Positions 19,700-27,988 of a stretch of DNA of 64,000 bases are shown in pieces; position 1 is the first letter of the stretch, and the number at the start of each line of letters is the position of its first letter. The notes below the pieces were generated by a model. It searched no databases. It was not told the DNA's origin and saw nothing but the letters and a program-made list of their open reading frames with translations. The stretch comes from Alphaproteobacteria bacterium (lineage in GTDB: Bacteria > Pseudomonadota > Alphaproteobacteria > UBA828): the NCBI GenBank assembly GCA_965214705.1, contig CBDCCI010000002.1, forward strand, positions 1,376,001-1,440,000, written 5' to 3'. A program made the translations under genes and the position numbers.

Positions 19700-19925
19700 A
19701 ATTCCAGACAGCTACGCACGATTATCCAAGGTCCTGATTGTGTCAAGACCACCGACGTCCCCAATGCGGTACGTAACTCCGACGGGCTCTTGTGGAGCGC
19801 CAACCAGAAAACAAAATCGTGCCGATCCAGAAATCTCCTTGACGTACAGCAAGTCATAGCGCATTGACCCTCCCACACCTATGCACTAAAGTGCGAGTCA
19901 TCGACATACATAGCCCATTGATGAG
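19700..19925. other. Putative oriT region of element 1
   Basis: Lower-GC intergenic stretch upstream of the relaxase, with hairpin GCAC-TAAA-GTGC (19883-19894) and ATAGCCCA (19910-19917). Confidence 0.45.
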
Positions 19926-20081
19926 ACAGCCTGGAAGCGGCCGTCTTGCGGATCCGGGTAGCCGTATGACCATCATGAAAAATCTCTCTCCGACGGCGTT
20001 CAGGTCCGCTCCGGTCTCAGGCCGGGAGCGGGGACCCGGCTGCGCCGCCCGCATCGGCCCGGCCAACCCGCGTGGCGCGCC

Positions 20082-23000
20082 ATGGTAGCGACGCTCGCCC
20101 AGGCGGCGTCTGCCGCGTACTACCTGGAAAGCCAGCGCTCGTTCCGCCATCCGAACGAGTACTATACGGCGGGCGAGGAGCCGGACGGGGTGTGGTTCAA
20201 CCCCAAGGGCCTGCTCGGGCTGGAGAACGGCGGCAAGGTCGACAGCGGCGACTTCCACCGGCTCTATAACGGCTTCGCGCCTGACGGCTCGCAGAGGCTC
20301 ACCAGGAACGCCGGCAGCGAGAGCCGCTCGCCCGGCCTGGACATGACCTTCTCGGCCGACAAGAGCGTGTCCGCGCTCTGGGCCATTGCCGATCCCGCGC
20401 TTCGCTCCCGGATCGAGGACGCGCACAACGACGCCGCCCGGGTCGCCCTCGAAGAGACGGTGTTCCGCTACTGCGCCTATACGCGAATCCGGGACAGGGA
20501 GGGGCGGATAGGGGTCCTGCCTGCCGATATAGCCGCCGCGATGTTCCAGCACGGCACCAGCCGCGAGAACGACCCGCAGCTCCACACCCACTGCCTCGTC
20601 TTCAACGCGGCCCGGACCCATGAGGATGGCAAGTGGCGGGCGATGCACCAGTACCCGGTCTACAGCTGGGCCAAGGCCGCGGGCGCCGTCTACCGCAATG
20701 CGCTCGCCTGGAACCTGCGCGAGCGCCTCGGCGTCCGCATCGGGCAGTATGGTCCCGACGGCGCGTTCACCCGCATCGAGGGCATGCCGGAGGACTTGCA
20801 GGTCTTCTGGTCCAAGCGGCGCAAGACGATCGTCGCGAAGGCCGGGGAGCTGGGTATCCCGACGCTCGCCAATGCCTCGCGCATGGCGGGCGTCAACAAG
20901 CTGACGCGGGCCGGCAAGTCTCACGACAACGATCCCGAGGTGCGTCACGGTCGCTGGCGCGACGAAGCACAGGGCTTCGCCGAGCGGGAGGAGCTGATCG
21001 CCTCAGTCACCGCCCATCAGGTCGCGATAGGGCGAGAAAAAATCCGTGAGCTGACGGACCGGCTCGACGACCTTCCCGCCCACCTGGCCCGTGAGGAGGC
21101 CGTGTTCCGGCGGCCTGACATGGTGGAGGCGGCCGCGAATGCGGCGGCAGGCCTGATCGGACCTGAAGCGCTGAAGACCGCCATCGAGCGGCTGCGGCGC
21201 AACCCGGAGATCGAGCGGCTTGAGCCGAAGAAGCCGACGGCCGAATCCCTCGCCGGCATGGTCCACACCGAGGTCTATTCCACCCGGCACAACCTGGGGC
21301 TGGAACAGGCCGTGAAGGACATGGCGTCGTCAATGGCGTCAGACGCCGGCCACGGACTGCCTGAAGAGGCGGTGGCGTTGAAGGTCGAGACCCTGCTGGA
21401 CCGGAACTATCCGCTGAGCCAGGAGCAGTCGCTGGCCATCCGCCATGCCACCGTCAAGGGCGGTCGTGTCGCCGTCATCGAGGGCGCGGCGGGCTCGGGC
21501 AAGACCACTACACTCCGGCCCATCACCGACCTGCACAGGGAGCACGGCTACGGGATCGTTCCCACTGCCGTCGCCTGGCGCACCGCCGTCGCACTGGGCG
21601 ACGACTGCGACGCCCGCCCCTACTGCGTGGACAAGCTGCTGAAGCTCGCCGCGAAGGGGCAGCTGGAGATCGGCCGCAATACCCTCATCGTGGTGGACGA
21701 GGCGGGGATGCTGTCGACCCGCCAGGCGCATCACATCCTCCAGCTCTCCGAGCGCCACGGCTCCAAGGTGGTGTTCGCCGGCGACACCCGTCAGCAGCAG
21801 CCCGTGGAGGCGGGGCCGGGACTGCGGCTCATCCGGGACGTCGCGGGCAGCGTCCGCGTCGACCGCATCCGGCGCCAGAAGGCGGACCTCGAAGACGTGC
21901 TGGTTCATGTGCACGGCGAGACGCCGGAGCAGGCGCGCTTCCGGACCGGACTGACCTCGCGGGAGGAGCGCGATGCGATTCTTGCCGACTACGAGGCGAT
22001 GGAGCGGAAGCCGCTGTTCACGCCCTGGCAGGTGGCGGTCTCGGAGGCGCTCAGGGACGGCGAAGCGGCACAGGCGATCGAGGCGTGGCGCCTGCGCGGC
22101 CGGCTTCACCTCTGCTACGACGAGGAGAAGACGCTCAAGCGTCTGGTGGACGACTGGGCGCACCACGCGCAGGCCGAGCCCGAAAAATCCGCTGTGGTGC
22201 TCGCGCGCACACGCGCGGAAGCAAGGGCGCTGTCATGGCTGATGCGGGAGCGGGTGCTTGCCCGAACGCCGGACGCAAAACGCGCGGTGATCGAGGTGAG
22301 CCGGGACCTGGACGGCCGCGTGACGGAGCCTCTGGAGATCGCGGTCGGGGACCGTCTCCGCATCGGCGCCACACAGTGGGAGAAGCAGCTCTTCAACGGC
22401 ACCGTGGTCACCGTCGAGGGCATCGAGATGCAAGACATCGAGGTGAGGAAGGAGGAAGGTGCGGCGGTATCACGAAAGGCTCGGAACCGGGAAGCCAGGG
22501 AGCAAGCGGCGCGCGGCACGGAGGCAGGTGAGGATCGCCTTGAAGCGGGTCATGCCAGCGAAAAGTCCGAAGGAAAAGCGGAAGACGGGCCATCGGTGTT
22601 CATCACCGCTCGGACCGACGACGGCCGGGCGGTCTCGTTCCGCCAAGACGAGATCCGGGACTTCCACGACAACATCCGCCTCGACTACGGCTATGCCACG
22701 ACCATCGCGTCCGCCCAGGGGATCACGGTCGACCGGGCCTTCCTCCTTATCGACGACAGGCCCTCCCGCGAGACCGTCTATCCCGCCGCGACCCGCCACC
22801 GCGAGGGGATCGACGTCTACGTCAACCGCGCGCCCATCGTCTTCGACATCGCCGAGCACCGGCCCGAGGACGAGGCGGACATGCCCGTCACGGACAGCGA
22901 CGTCCGCGCGTATCTGGCGGAGCGCTGGTCGCGCTCACAGCCCAAGGAAGCCGCGCTCGACTACATCGCGGACGGCGCATGGCGGGATGCGAGAGAACGG

Positions 23001-24446
23001 GCTCAGCTCGCAGCACGGCACGGAGCGCAGATCGGGCGCGGCGGCAACGGGAGCGAAGCAAACCCGCCAGGGGGCGCGAATCAACACGATCCCGGCGAAC
23101 GGCAGGCAGCCGCAGCGCAGGCGGCGGCGAACGACAACGCCATCGTGCGGATCGCCCGCGAAATCTGCCATGCGGTCAACGGCTGGCGCCACGGCGCCGC
23201 CGTCGACGCCTTCGCGGCGGAGAGCACCGCGGTCATGGCGTCATGGGAGGAGCTGCGCCGGCGCGCACGCGCCGAGGGCGAGGCGGTGGCGCTCAGTCCG
23301 GCCTTCCGCGAGACCCTCGACCGTCACCGCGCGCTGATGAAGCAGGCCGCGTCCTTCCGCTCCCGGCCGCAGGCGTTCGAGCGCCTGCTCGCCGAGCGCG
23401 CGGGTATTGGCGAAGCCGAGATCGGGGAACTGCACAATCAGCACGCGCGCGCCGGCAAGTGCCTGCGCTCCGCGGCGGCCAGGGCCGCCCACCGGGCGCG
23501 GCAAGACGCGAGGCGCCAGGACGCGCAACGCCAAGACGCACCGCGCGAAGAAGCGGGGATCGCCGAGGCCATCGCAGCCGAGGCTGTCACAGCCGAGGCT
23601 GTCGCAGCCGGGATCGCCACCCCTGCCGCCGGGCCCGCTCCCGAAGAGACCCTGCCGCCCCGGACGCCGGAGGCGCTCGCGCCCGGCCCGGAGCGCGAGG
23701 CCCCGCCCGACTGGCGGACCCTCTACCGGGAGCTGCAATGCGACTGGAACGATCTTGTCGCGCGCGCCGAGGAGCCCGACCTGCCCCTGCCGCTGATGGA
23801 TGGGTACGACACGCTCATCGGCCGCGTCCGCGCGCTCGCCGATGATCCCGGCCTGTCCGAGCGCGCGCGCAGCGTGATCGACGGGCTCCTCGACTACCAT
23901 GACGACGAGACCGCGGCGCGCGAGATCGCCGAGGGCTATCTTGCGGCAGCCGAGCGGCATGTGGAGGCGTACAGGGCCCTCGAACGTCACGCCGGCGAGC
24001 GCGGCGTTCCCATGGTCCGTCTCGACGCCTGGCCCCGGTGGCGCGAAACGGCCGAGCTGCTGGCGGACACCGGCAAGGCCGTGCTCGCCAACGACGAGAG
24101 ATACGGCGCATATCTCGACGCGATCGCCGCCGGAAAGCCGCGCGCTCGCTTGACGGTCGACCAACTGCGCAACCGGCTCGACGAGAATCGCACGGTCGCA
24201 ACTAAGCCGGAGGAGTCACGGACTCGGCGCGAGCAGAAGCCCGGGCAGCAGCAGGGTTTTGCGCACCGGCTGGACGATGATCGCCAGCCTCGGAATCAAC
24301 CCCGGCCCGCGGTCGAGGGCGAACGGCAGGGCTTCGCCCACATCCTCGACGATCCCGAGAAACTACGCGAACTGCGCAAGAAAGCGGAGCAGCGCGACCG
24401 CAAGCTCGGCAGGCACATGCGCAGGAGCCGGGGGATCAGCATGTAG
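20082..24446 (+). CDS. MOBF (TrwC/TraI-like) relaxase-helicase
   Basis: N-terminal YY...YY, DMTFSADKSVS, HGTSRENDPQLHTH, helicase GAAGSGKTT, VDEAGM, GDTRQ and YGYATTIASAQG. Confidence 0.93.
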   Translation: MVATLAQAASAAYYLESQRSFRHPNEYYTAGEEPDGVWFNPKGLLGLENGGKVDSGDFHRLYNGFAPDGSQRLTRNAGSESRSPGLDMTFSADKSVSALWAIADPALRSRIEDAHNDAARVALEETVFRYCAYTRIRDREGRIGVLPADIAAAMFQHGTSRENDPQLHTHCLVFNAARTHEDGKWRAMHQYPVYSWAKAAGAVYRNALAWNLRERLGVRIGQYGPDGAFTRIEGMPEDLQVFWSKRRKTIVAKAGELGIPTLANASRMAGVNKLTRAGKSHDNDPEVRHGRWRDEAQGFAEREELIASVTAHQVAIGREKIRELTDRLDDLPAHLAREEAVFRRPDMVEAAANAAAGLIGPEALKTAIERLRRNPEIERLEPKKPTAESLAGMVHTEVYSTRHNLGLEQAVKDMASSMASDAGHGLPEEAVALKVETLLDRNYPLSQEQSLAIRHATVKGGRVAVIEGAAGSGKTTTLRPITDLHREHGYGIVPTAVAWRTAVALGDDCDARPYCVDKLLKLAAKGQLEIGRNTLIVVDEAGMLSTRQAHHILQLSERHGSKVVFAGDTRQQQPVEAGPGLRLIRDVAGSVRVDRIRRQKADLEDVLVHVHGETPEQARFRTGLTSREERDAILADYEAMERKPLFTPWQVAVSEALRDGEAAQAIEAWRLRGRLHLCYDEEKTLKRLVDDWAHHAQAEPEKSAVVLARTRAEARALSWLMRERVLARTPDAKRAVIEVSRDLDGRVTEPLEIAVGDRLRIGATQWEKQLFNGTVVTVEGIEMQDIEVRKEEGAAVSRKARNREAREQAARGTEAGEDRLEAGHASEKSEGKAEDGPSVFITARTDDGRAVSFRQDEIRDFHDNIRLDYGYATTIASAQGITVDRAFLLIDDRPSRETVYPAATRHREGIDVYVNRAPIVFDIAEHRPEDEADMPVTDSDVRAYLAERWSRSQPKEAALDYIADGAWRDARERAQLAARHGAQIGRGGNGSEANPPGGANQHDPGERQAAAAQAAANDNAIVRIAREICHAVNGWRHGAAVDAFAAESTAVMASWEELRRRARAEGEAVALSPAFRETLDRHRALMKQAASFRSRPQAFERLLAERAGIGEAEIGELHNQHARAGKCLRSAAARAAHRARQDARRQDAQRQDAPREEAGIAEAIAAEAVTAEAVAAGIATPAAGPAPEETLPPRTPEALAPGPEREAPPDWRTLYRELQCDWNDLVARAEEPDLPLPLMDGYDTLIGRVRALADDPGLSERARSVIDGLLDYHDDETAAREIAEGYLAAAERHVEAYRALERHAGERGVPMVRLDAWPRWRETAELLADTGKAVLANDERYGAYLDAIAAGKPRARLTVDQLRNRLDENRTVATKPEESRTRREQKPGQQQGFAHRLDDDRQPRNQPRPAVEGERQGFAHILDDPEKLRELRKKAEQRDRKLGRHMRRSRGISM

Positions 24447-24577
24447 TCCAACCATCGTCGTTACTGGTGTGAGCCGCTGCTACGGACCGCTATCTGAGCA
24501 TCCGCGCTGCCTGTCGTTCGCTCTTGGAGTGTGGCCCTCGCAATGCTATATGACCAAGTCATACCCAGGAGACGCCG

Positions 24578-24847
24578 ATGACCGTCAAGACGACACTTAG
24601 CTTCACGGACCGGCATCATAAGTTCATGTCGGCGAAAGTTGACGACGGCGTCTTCGCCTCTCAAAGCGCAGTGGTCGCCTCTGCCATCGAGAATATGATG
24701 CGCGACGAACAGGAACGCGACGTCGCTCTTGCAGCTATGGCAGAAGAGGTTCGCGCGCGCATGCAAACGGCGCGATCCGAATATGTTGACGGCGAGCGAA
24801 CCTTCTCCGCTGCTCGCGCAACCGTCGCGGCGGCGCGAGAGGGGTGA
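24578..24847 (+). CDS. parD: ParD-like RHH antitoxin
   Basis: TTLSFTDRHHKFMSAKVDDGVFASQSAVVASAI, with a GTGA overlap with the toxin gene. Confidence 0.75.
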   Translation: MTVKTTLSFTDRHHKFMSAKVDDGVFASQSAVVASAIENMMRDEQERDVALAAMAEEVRARMQTARSEYVDGERTFSAARATVAAAREG

Positions 24848-25303
24848 CATATCGTATCCGTTACCACCCACTCGTATCCCGTGATCTTGAGGTGATCGCC
24901 CGGTGGATCGTCGACTACGCGGGAAGCGAAGCGGCAAACCGCAGGCTCACAGAGATAGAAGAAGCGATTGCCGCTCTGGCGCAGACGCCGCACAAGGTTA
25001 AGGGTTGGGCAGGCTCTCTCTCGAGAGCCTGCCCAACCCTTTTGAACGAAGCCGCGGGCCACGAGAGGCGAAGTTGAGCTATGTGGAAAGTGCGCTGATG
25101 TCAGCGTCAGGCGGCATCCACCGGCAGCAGAGTTGCGCATAAAATCGACGCTCGCGCCGGTCTTTCGGCAGGCATGCGGGCGCACGCTGCGAGGACTGAG
25201 CGGGGTGTGAGCCGAGGGCTGTCAGCCCGGCTCAAGCGGAGACAGGTTCGGTCGTGCGTCGGCGCTTTGGCGCCGTTGCGCGGGGCCGAAGCGAGCGGGC
25301 GTC

Positions 25304-26545
25304 TCACGGTTTCCCCCTGTGGGTCGGCGGCAGCGCCGGCGGGCCGCGCGTCGAGCGGGGCTCATGGCGGCGGCGGATTTCGCGGACGAGGCGCATGACG
25401 CCGCCGCAGTGGGGGCAGGCCACGGGCGCGGTGCCGATCTCGGGCTCTTCGTCGGGCTCGGCCCGAGCGCCGTCCACGCTTCCCTCGGGGGCGGCGCAGC
25501 CGAGGGCGCCGAGAGCCTGGCGTGCTCTCTCCAGCGTGCTGGCGCGGCAGCCGTTGGCGAGGATGCCGAAGTAGCGAGTGCGGTGCATGCCGTCCGGCAG
25601 GACGTGCCTCAGGAAGCGGCGGATGAACTCGTCGGCGCTCACGGTGGCGATGCCGTAGCGCGGCTTTCTCTGCCCCGGCGCCTTGGGCTTTCGGTGGCGG
25701 AAGGAGACCGTCTCGCCGTCGAAGGAGACGATGCGGCTGTCGGAGATGGCGATCCTGTGCGTGTAGTGCGAGAGGTACCGGAAGACCTGCTCAGGCCCGC
25801 GGAAGGGCCGCTTGGCGTAGACCACCCAGTCCCTGGCCCGGGCGGCGGCAAGCGTGGCGTGGAACTCGCCGGGATTGGCGAGGTGGGCGACGGTGCCGTG
25901 GAACTCCAGGTCCCCCCGGCCGTGGGCGCGGGCGAGCTCCTCGAGGAAGAGGCGGCGGAACAGGCTGCCGAGGACCTTGACGGGGGCGAGGAAGGTGGTG
26001 CTCCCCGTCTTCCACTCGCCACTGTCTACGTCGAAGCCCGCGTTGGGCACGACCACGTGCAGGTGCGGGTGGAAGCGGAGCTTCTGATCCCAGGTATGGA
26101 GGACCGCGGTGCCGCCGATGCGCATGCCGCCGTGGCGGGGATCGGCGGCGATGGTGCGCAGGGTCTCGGCGACGGCCCGGAAGAGGATGTCGAACACCAC
26201 CCTGCGGTTGCAGAAGGCAATGGCGGCAACCTCCTTGGGCAGGGTGAAGACCACATGGAAGTAGGGCACCGGCAGGATGTCCCCGGCGCGCTCCTCGCTC
26301 CAGAGGTTGGCGGCGAGACCCTGGCAGGTGGGGCAGTGGCGGTTGCGGCAGGAGTTGAAGAGCGGATGCTCGCGCCCGCAGCCCTCGCAGGCGTACATGT
26401 GGCCGCCGAGCACGGCGGTGCGGCACGCCTCGATGGCGCCCATGACCTTGAGCCGGGCGGCGTCGATGCGCCCTTTGTGGCGCTCACGGAAAGCGGCGCC
26501 GGCGCGGCGGAAGATCTCCGCCACGCCCGCGCGTTCGGCCTCCAC
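25304..26545 (-). CDS. IS91-family Y2 HUH transposase
   Basis: Zn motif CRT...CEGC...SCRNRHCPTC, YFHVVFTLP, LHTW...HPHLH, YLSHYTHR (YxxxY) and a C-terminal CPHC. Confidence 0.92.
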   Translation of the reverse strand: MEAERAGVAEIFRRAGAAFRERHKGRIDAARLKVMGAIEACRTAVLGGHMYACEGCGREHPLFNSCRNRHCPTCQGLAANLWSEERAGDILPVPYFHVVFTLPKEVAAIAFCNRRVVFDILFRAVAETLRTIAADPRHGGMRIGGTAVLHTWDQKLRFHPHLHVVVPNAGFDVDSGEWKTGSTTFLAPVKVLGSLFRRLFLEELARAHGRGDLEFHGTVAHLANPGEFHATLAAARARDWVVYAKRPFRGPEQVFRYLSHYTHRIAISDSRIVSFDGETVSFRHRKPKAPGQRKPRYGIATVSADEFIRRFLRHVLPDGMHRTRYFGILANGCRASTLERARQALGALGCAAPEGSVDGARAEPDEEPEIGTAPVACPHCGGVMRLVREIRRRHEPRSTRGPPALPPTHRGKP

Positions 26546-26551
26546 GCGCCG

Positions 26552-27430
26552 TCAGTTGCGCAACGCTGCGAAGCCTGAGATCGGGTGGTCGAGGCCCTCG
26601 AACATCTTGCCGGTGACGCGGGCGTAGTGACGGGTCGTGTTCGCGCTTCGATGGCCGAGCATGTCCCGGATCACCTCGATATCGCCGCCGCGCTCGAGGA
26701 GATGGGTCGCCGCCGAATGGCGCAGGCAATGGAAGGTGTAGCTGCGGTCGAGCTCGGCAATGTCGCGCGCCCTCCTGAAGGCGGCCTGCAAGGTCTCCGT
26801 TGCGATGGGCCTGTCGAGCGAGACGCCGTAGAAGAGCCAGCTCGTCGGACGCGGCCAGATGTTCCTGTAGTAGACGCGCAAGTAGTGGATGACGATGTCC
26901 GGCAACGGTGCCATTCTCTCGGTGCCGCCTTTGCCGGAGGGGATGTGCAGCAGCTTCTTCTCCGACAGGATGTCGCCGACCTTGATGGCCAAGGTCTCGG
27001 AGATGCGGAGCCCGCCGCCATAGCCGGTGACAATGGCAGCACGGTGGCGGAGGTCGGGTGTCGCAAGGATGAGGTGCTCGACCTCCTGCTCCGACATGTA
27101 GCGCGGCAGCTTGCCGGGCTTCTTGCGGGAGCGCAGGCCGGCGACATGGTCAGGCCAGCCGAGTGTGTCGATGTAGAGGAAGTTCAGCGCGGCGAAGGAG
27201 ACGTTGGTCGTGCCCGGACTGAGCCCCTTGTCGATCCGCCCCAGGTACCACTGGCGCACCTGCTCGGCGTCGAGCTCGTCCGGCGAGGCGTCGTAGTACC
27301 TGGCCAGGTTCTTGATCTCGCAGATGTAGGCCTTGGACGTGCTCGCGGCCAGATTGGCGATGCGGAGCTGCTCCTCCATGCGCTGGCGAAGAGGGGTGAC
27401 GGTGTTCGTGTCGCACGCGGTCCCGGTCAT
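26552..27430 (-). CDS. Tyrosine recombinase (XerC/D-like, N-terminal SAM-like domain)
   Basis: YGGGLRISE, GKGGTER, HCLRHSAATHL and LGHRSANTTRHY. Confidence 0.92.
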   Translation of the reverse strand: MTGTACDTNTVTPLRQRMEEQLRIANLAASTSKAYICEIKNLARYYDASPDELDAEQVRQWYLGRIDKGLSPGTTNVSFAALNFLYIDTLGWPDHVAGLRSRKKPGKLPRYMSEQEVEHLILATPDLRHRAAIVTGYGGGLRISETLAIKVGDILSEKKLLHIPSGKGGTERMAPLPDIVIHYLRVYYRNIWPRPTSWLFYGVSLDRPIATETLQAAFRRARDIAELDRSYTFHCLRHSAATHLLERGGDIEVIRDMLGHRSANTTRHYARVTGKMFEGLDHPISGFAALRN

Positions 27431-27988
27431 TATCGATCTCCCTGGATCGCGACGGCGCGCCGCCGGACCGATCCGGCGACGGTCCGTCGCAGGGGTCGAT
27501 GCTAACCACTGGTGATCGGGAGGCTGCTGGGGATCCGCCACCCGACGGGCGGAGCGCCACTGACGCAACCGGGAAGCGAACGCACAGAACAAACGGCACC
27601 CGCGACGCCTCGGAAATGAATGAACTCTACGCCGCTAACTCCGCGTAGCGGCTTCGTTCAAGGGAACCGTACGCAATGAAATTGCTCCCGGTCTCCGGGC
27701 CATCCCAGCCGGAAAGAGGGCCGTCATCGTGTTCACGGTCGACGACGCAAACGAGGAAGTACTCGTTCACGTCGTAAGCTACAGCGGAGCCGATTGGATC
27801 AGCCGCAGCCGCGCGAGAGTCTTGTAGTTCCGCACCGCCGGTGTTCAAAGGTTAACGCCCCGAGTAGCGGTGATTGCAGGGAGACACTCGGTTCCCCAGA
27901 GTATTGCAGGCTGCTCCAGTACGAACGCGGATTCATGCGTAAGACGGAAGCTCTACGATCCATGAACAAAATGGCCGAACGAGGCGAG

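Larger units (their letters stand above)
24998..27663 (-). mobile_element. IS91-family element carrying a tyrosine recombinase
   Basis: Boundaries are defined by the parE split, with CAAGG (minus strand CCTTG) at both junctions. It has a 19-bp perfect hairpin at 25000-25041 and a 14-bp IR TTGAACGAAGCCGC (25042-25055)/GCGGCTTCGTTCAA (27648-27661). Confidence 0.85.
24844..27827 (+). pseudogene. parE: ParE/RelE toxin split by an IS91-type element
   Basis: 24844-24997 (MTYRIRYHP...QTPHK) joins in frame with 27664-27827 (GTVRNEIAPGLRAIPAGKRAVIVFTVDD...RVL*), giving 105 aa. Confidence 0.85.
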
